64,000 bases of DNA from Prorocentrum cordatum (Eukaryota): NCBI GenBank assembly GCA_963575745.1, contig CAUYUJ010000193.1, positions 1-64,000 on the forward strand, in the 5' to 3' direction. A program made the translations under genes and the position numbers. Shown in pieces: positions 62,462-64,000 of the stretch. Numbering within the stretch: the first letter of the stretch is position 1; each line of letters starts with the position of its first letter. The notes below the pieces were generated by a model that made no database searches, was not told where the DNA came from, and saw only the letters and a list, made by a program, of their open reading frames with translations.

Positions 62462-64000
62462 ACATTGTCATCATCATCGCCACCACCGTCATCATCACCA
62501 TCGTCATCATCGTCATCACCCGAGTAATGGAGTTAGGAAAAGGTGGAGGGGGGTCGGGCGTGAGGGTGTCCTTCTGGCGCGGTGAAAGTAATAACAAGAA
62601 CCCCATCTTAGGATATGGGGGATCAAAAAAGAGAAGCACGGCTTGAGCATGAACTTTCGGAGGTCCGCTCCGACCTCTGGGATCGGCCCTCCTTCCCTTC
62701 CTGGCCGCGGGCGCTGCCGCCTCGTCGGCCGCCGATGGAGTCGAGCCTCGAGTCGGGCATGTCCCTCTACAGGAAGAATATTCGAGAATAGTAAAAAGAT
62801 AGCCTGGTGAGGTTTCTTCTTGATTTTTCGACTATCGTATAATTTGCTGACAACTTTGAAGTTCTCTTCCAGCATTCGCCTGTAGGAGGACATGCCCGAC
62901 CTCAGTTGAGCCGTTCCCCTCATTTCGGTTCTCTGGTGCAGCGCTGATCTGCGCTTGCCTAGCATGGGCCTTTTTCGGGGAGGGACAACGGCATAAACGT
63001 AAAACTTTCGGGGCTCAGCGCGAATCTATCGGACCAGCGTTGGGCTAACTCGCGGCGCCTCTGGCTCCCCGTCGCCGCCCCGTCGCCGCCCCGTCGCCGC
63101 CTCGTCGCCGCCTGTCGTCTGGGCCTGTCTGTCGGTCGCCGCGCTTGTTGCCGCCGTCGCCGCCCCGTCGCCGCCCAGTCACCGCCCAGTCGCCACCCCG
63201 TCGCCGCCTCGTCGCCGCCCGTCTTCTGGACCGGTCTGTCGGTCGCCGCGCTTGTTGCCGCCGTCGCCGCCATTCCGGCGCTTGACAAGGATTGCGCAAC
63301 ATATATTCCCTTCATTCAGATAATTTGAATCCACCACCTTCCCAAGGTCGGACTTGTCGTTTCCCTCTGGGGATGTGCAATTTTGTCATGATTACGCTCC
63401 ATCTCTCGGTGGATTTTAATGATTTCATACAACCACAACCAAACTGGTATCGACAACCCCCTTCATCTTCGTCAAAGAATACTATGTGCGCACGTTCGGT
63501 TAGCAACAATCATCAGTTTTTCATCAATCCTTTGCGACAAGCGGGGCAAAGTCCACACGCGTGCGGCTTTGCGCGCGCATGCTGGAAATCTTCAAACAAA
63601 TTGTGTTTTCGTAAAGGTTTGAATCTATAGTTTCCCGAATGCATGAAAGCGAACGATGGTTTCGCAACCGTTTTGTTTTTTCAAGAAAGTCTGCGCGCGC
63701 GCACTTGCGACTTTTTTGCAAACCACAGGGTGAACTTACTAGTATTTTGCATCACATGCGACCAAGAGGGCTTTTCCTTCTGCTGCGCGCATGTCGAAAT
63801 CATTCGAACGACCTTGCGCGCGTGCTGGGGAGGCACGGTACTTTTCAAATCATTCCACGTGTCCCAGTCGCGCGCGTCGGCCGCGCGCGCATTTCGAAAT
63901 CCTCCCAAGCCTTCGTCGCCGACACGTGGGCAGCATCACCGTCATCAGATTGACCAGCATCGGCGCCGTCATTGGATCTGCCGTCGTCATCGTTACCGTC

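Overview
Eukaryotic, GC-rich, extremely repeat-dense DNA. It is almost certainly dinoflagellate nuclear DNA, because it contains an exact genomic copy of the 22-nt dinoflagellate spliced leader (DinoSL); the genus cannot be fixed from sequence alone. Nearly all ORFs in the supplied track are artefacts of microsatellites and satellites. The main feature is a ~7.1 kb, apparently full-length non-LTR retrotransposon (7337-~14430, + strand). Its ORF1 encodes a RanBP2-like Zn finger plus coiled coil, and its ORF2 encodes APE endonuclease, RT, a CCHC finger, RNase H and further Cys/His motifs, with one in-frame TAG. Its 5' end is exactly a full DinoSL followed by a 15-nt SL relic, and it sits between two (CCT)n tracts. 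Elsewhere, pure (CCT)n/(GAG)n tracts are flanked by 11-15 bp direct repeats that look like target-site duplications (TSDs). Together these suggest, by inference, an SL-trans-spliced, (CCT)n-targeting or (CCT)n-tailed LINE that may also seed microsatellites. The rest of the window holds probable + strand exons of low-complexity host genes (a 516-bp/172-aa ETQAY repeat exon and a WWD-repeat exon), a second degenerate SL relic, several families of 135-190 bp TIR or palindromic MITEs (some TA-flanked, some nested, two insertions with empty-site paralogs in the window), two foldback elements, and 73, ~88 and 101 bp satellites.
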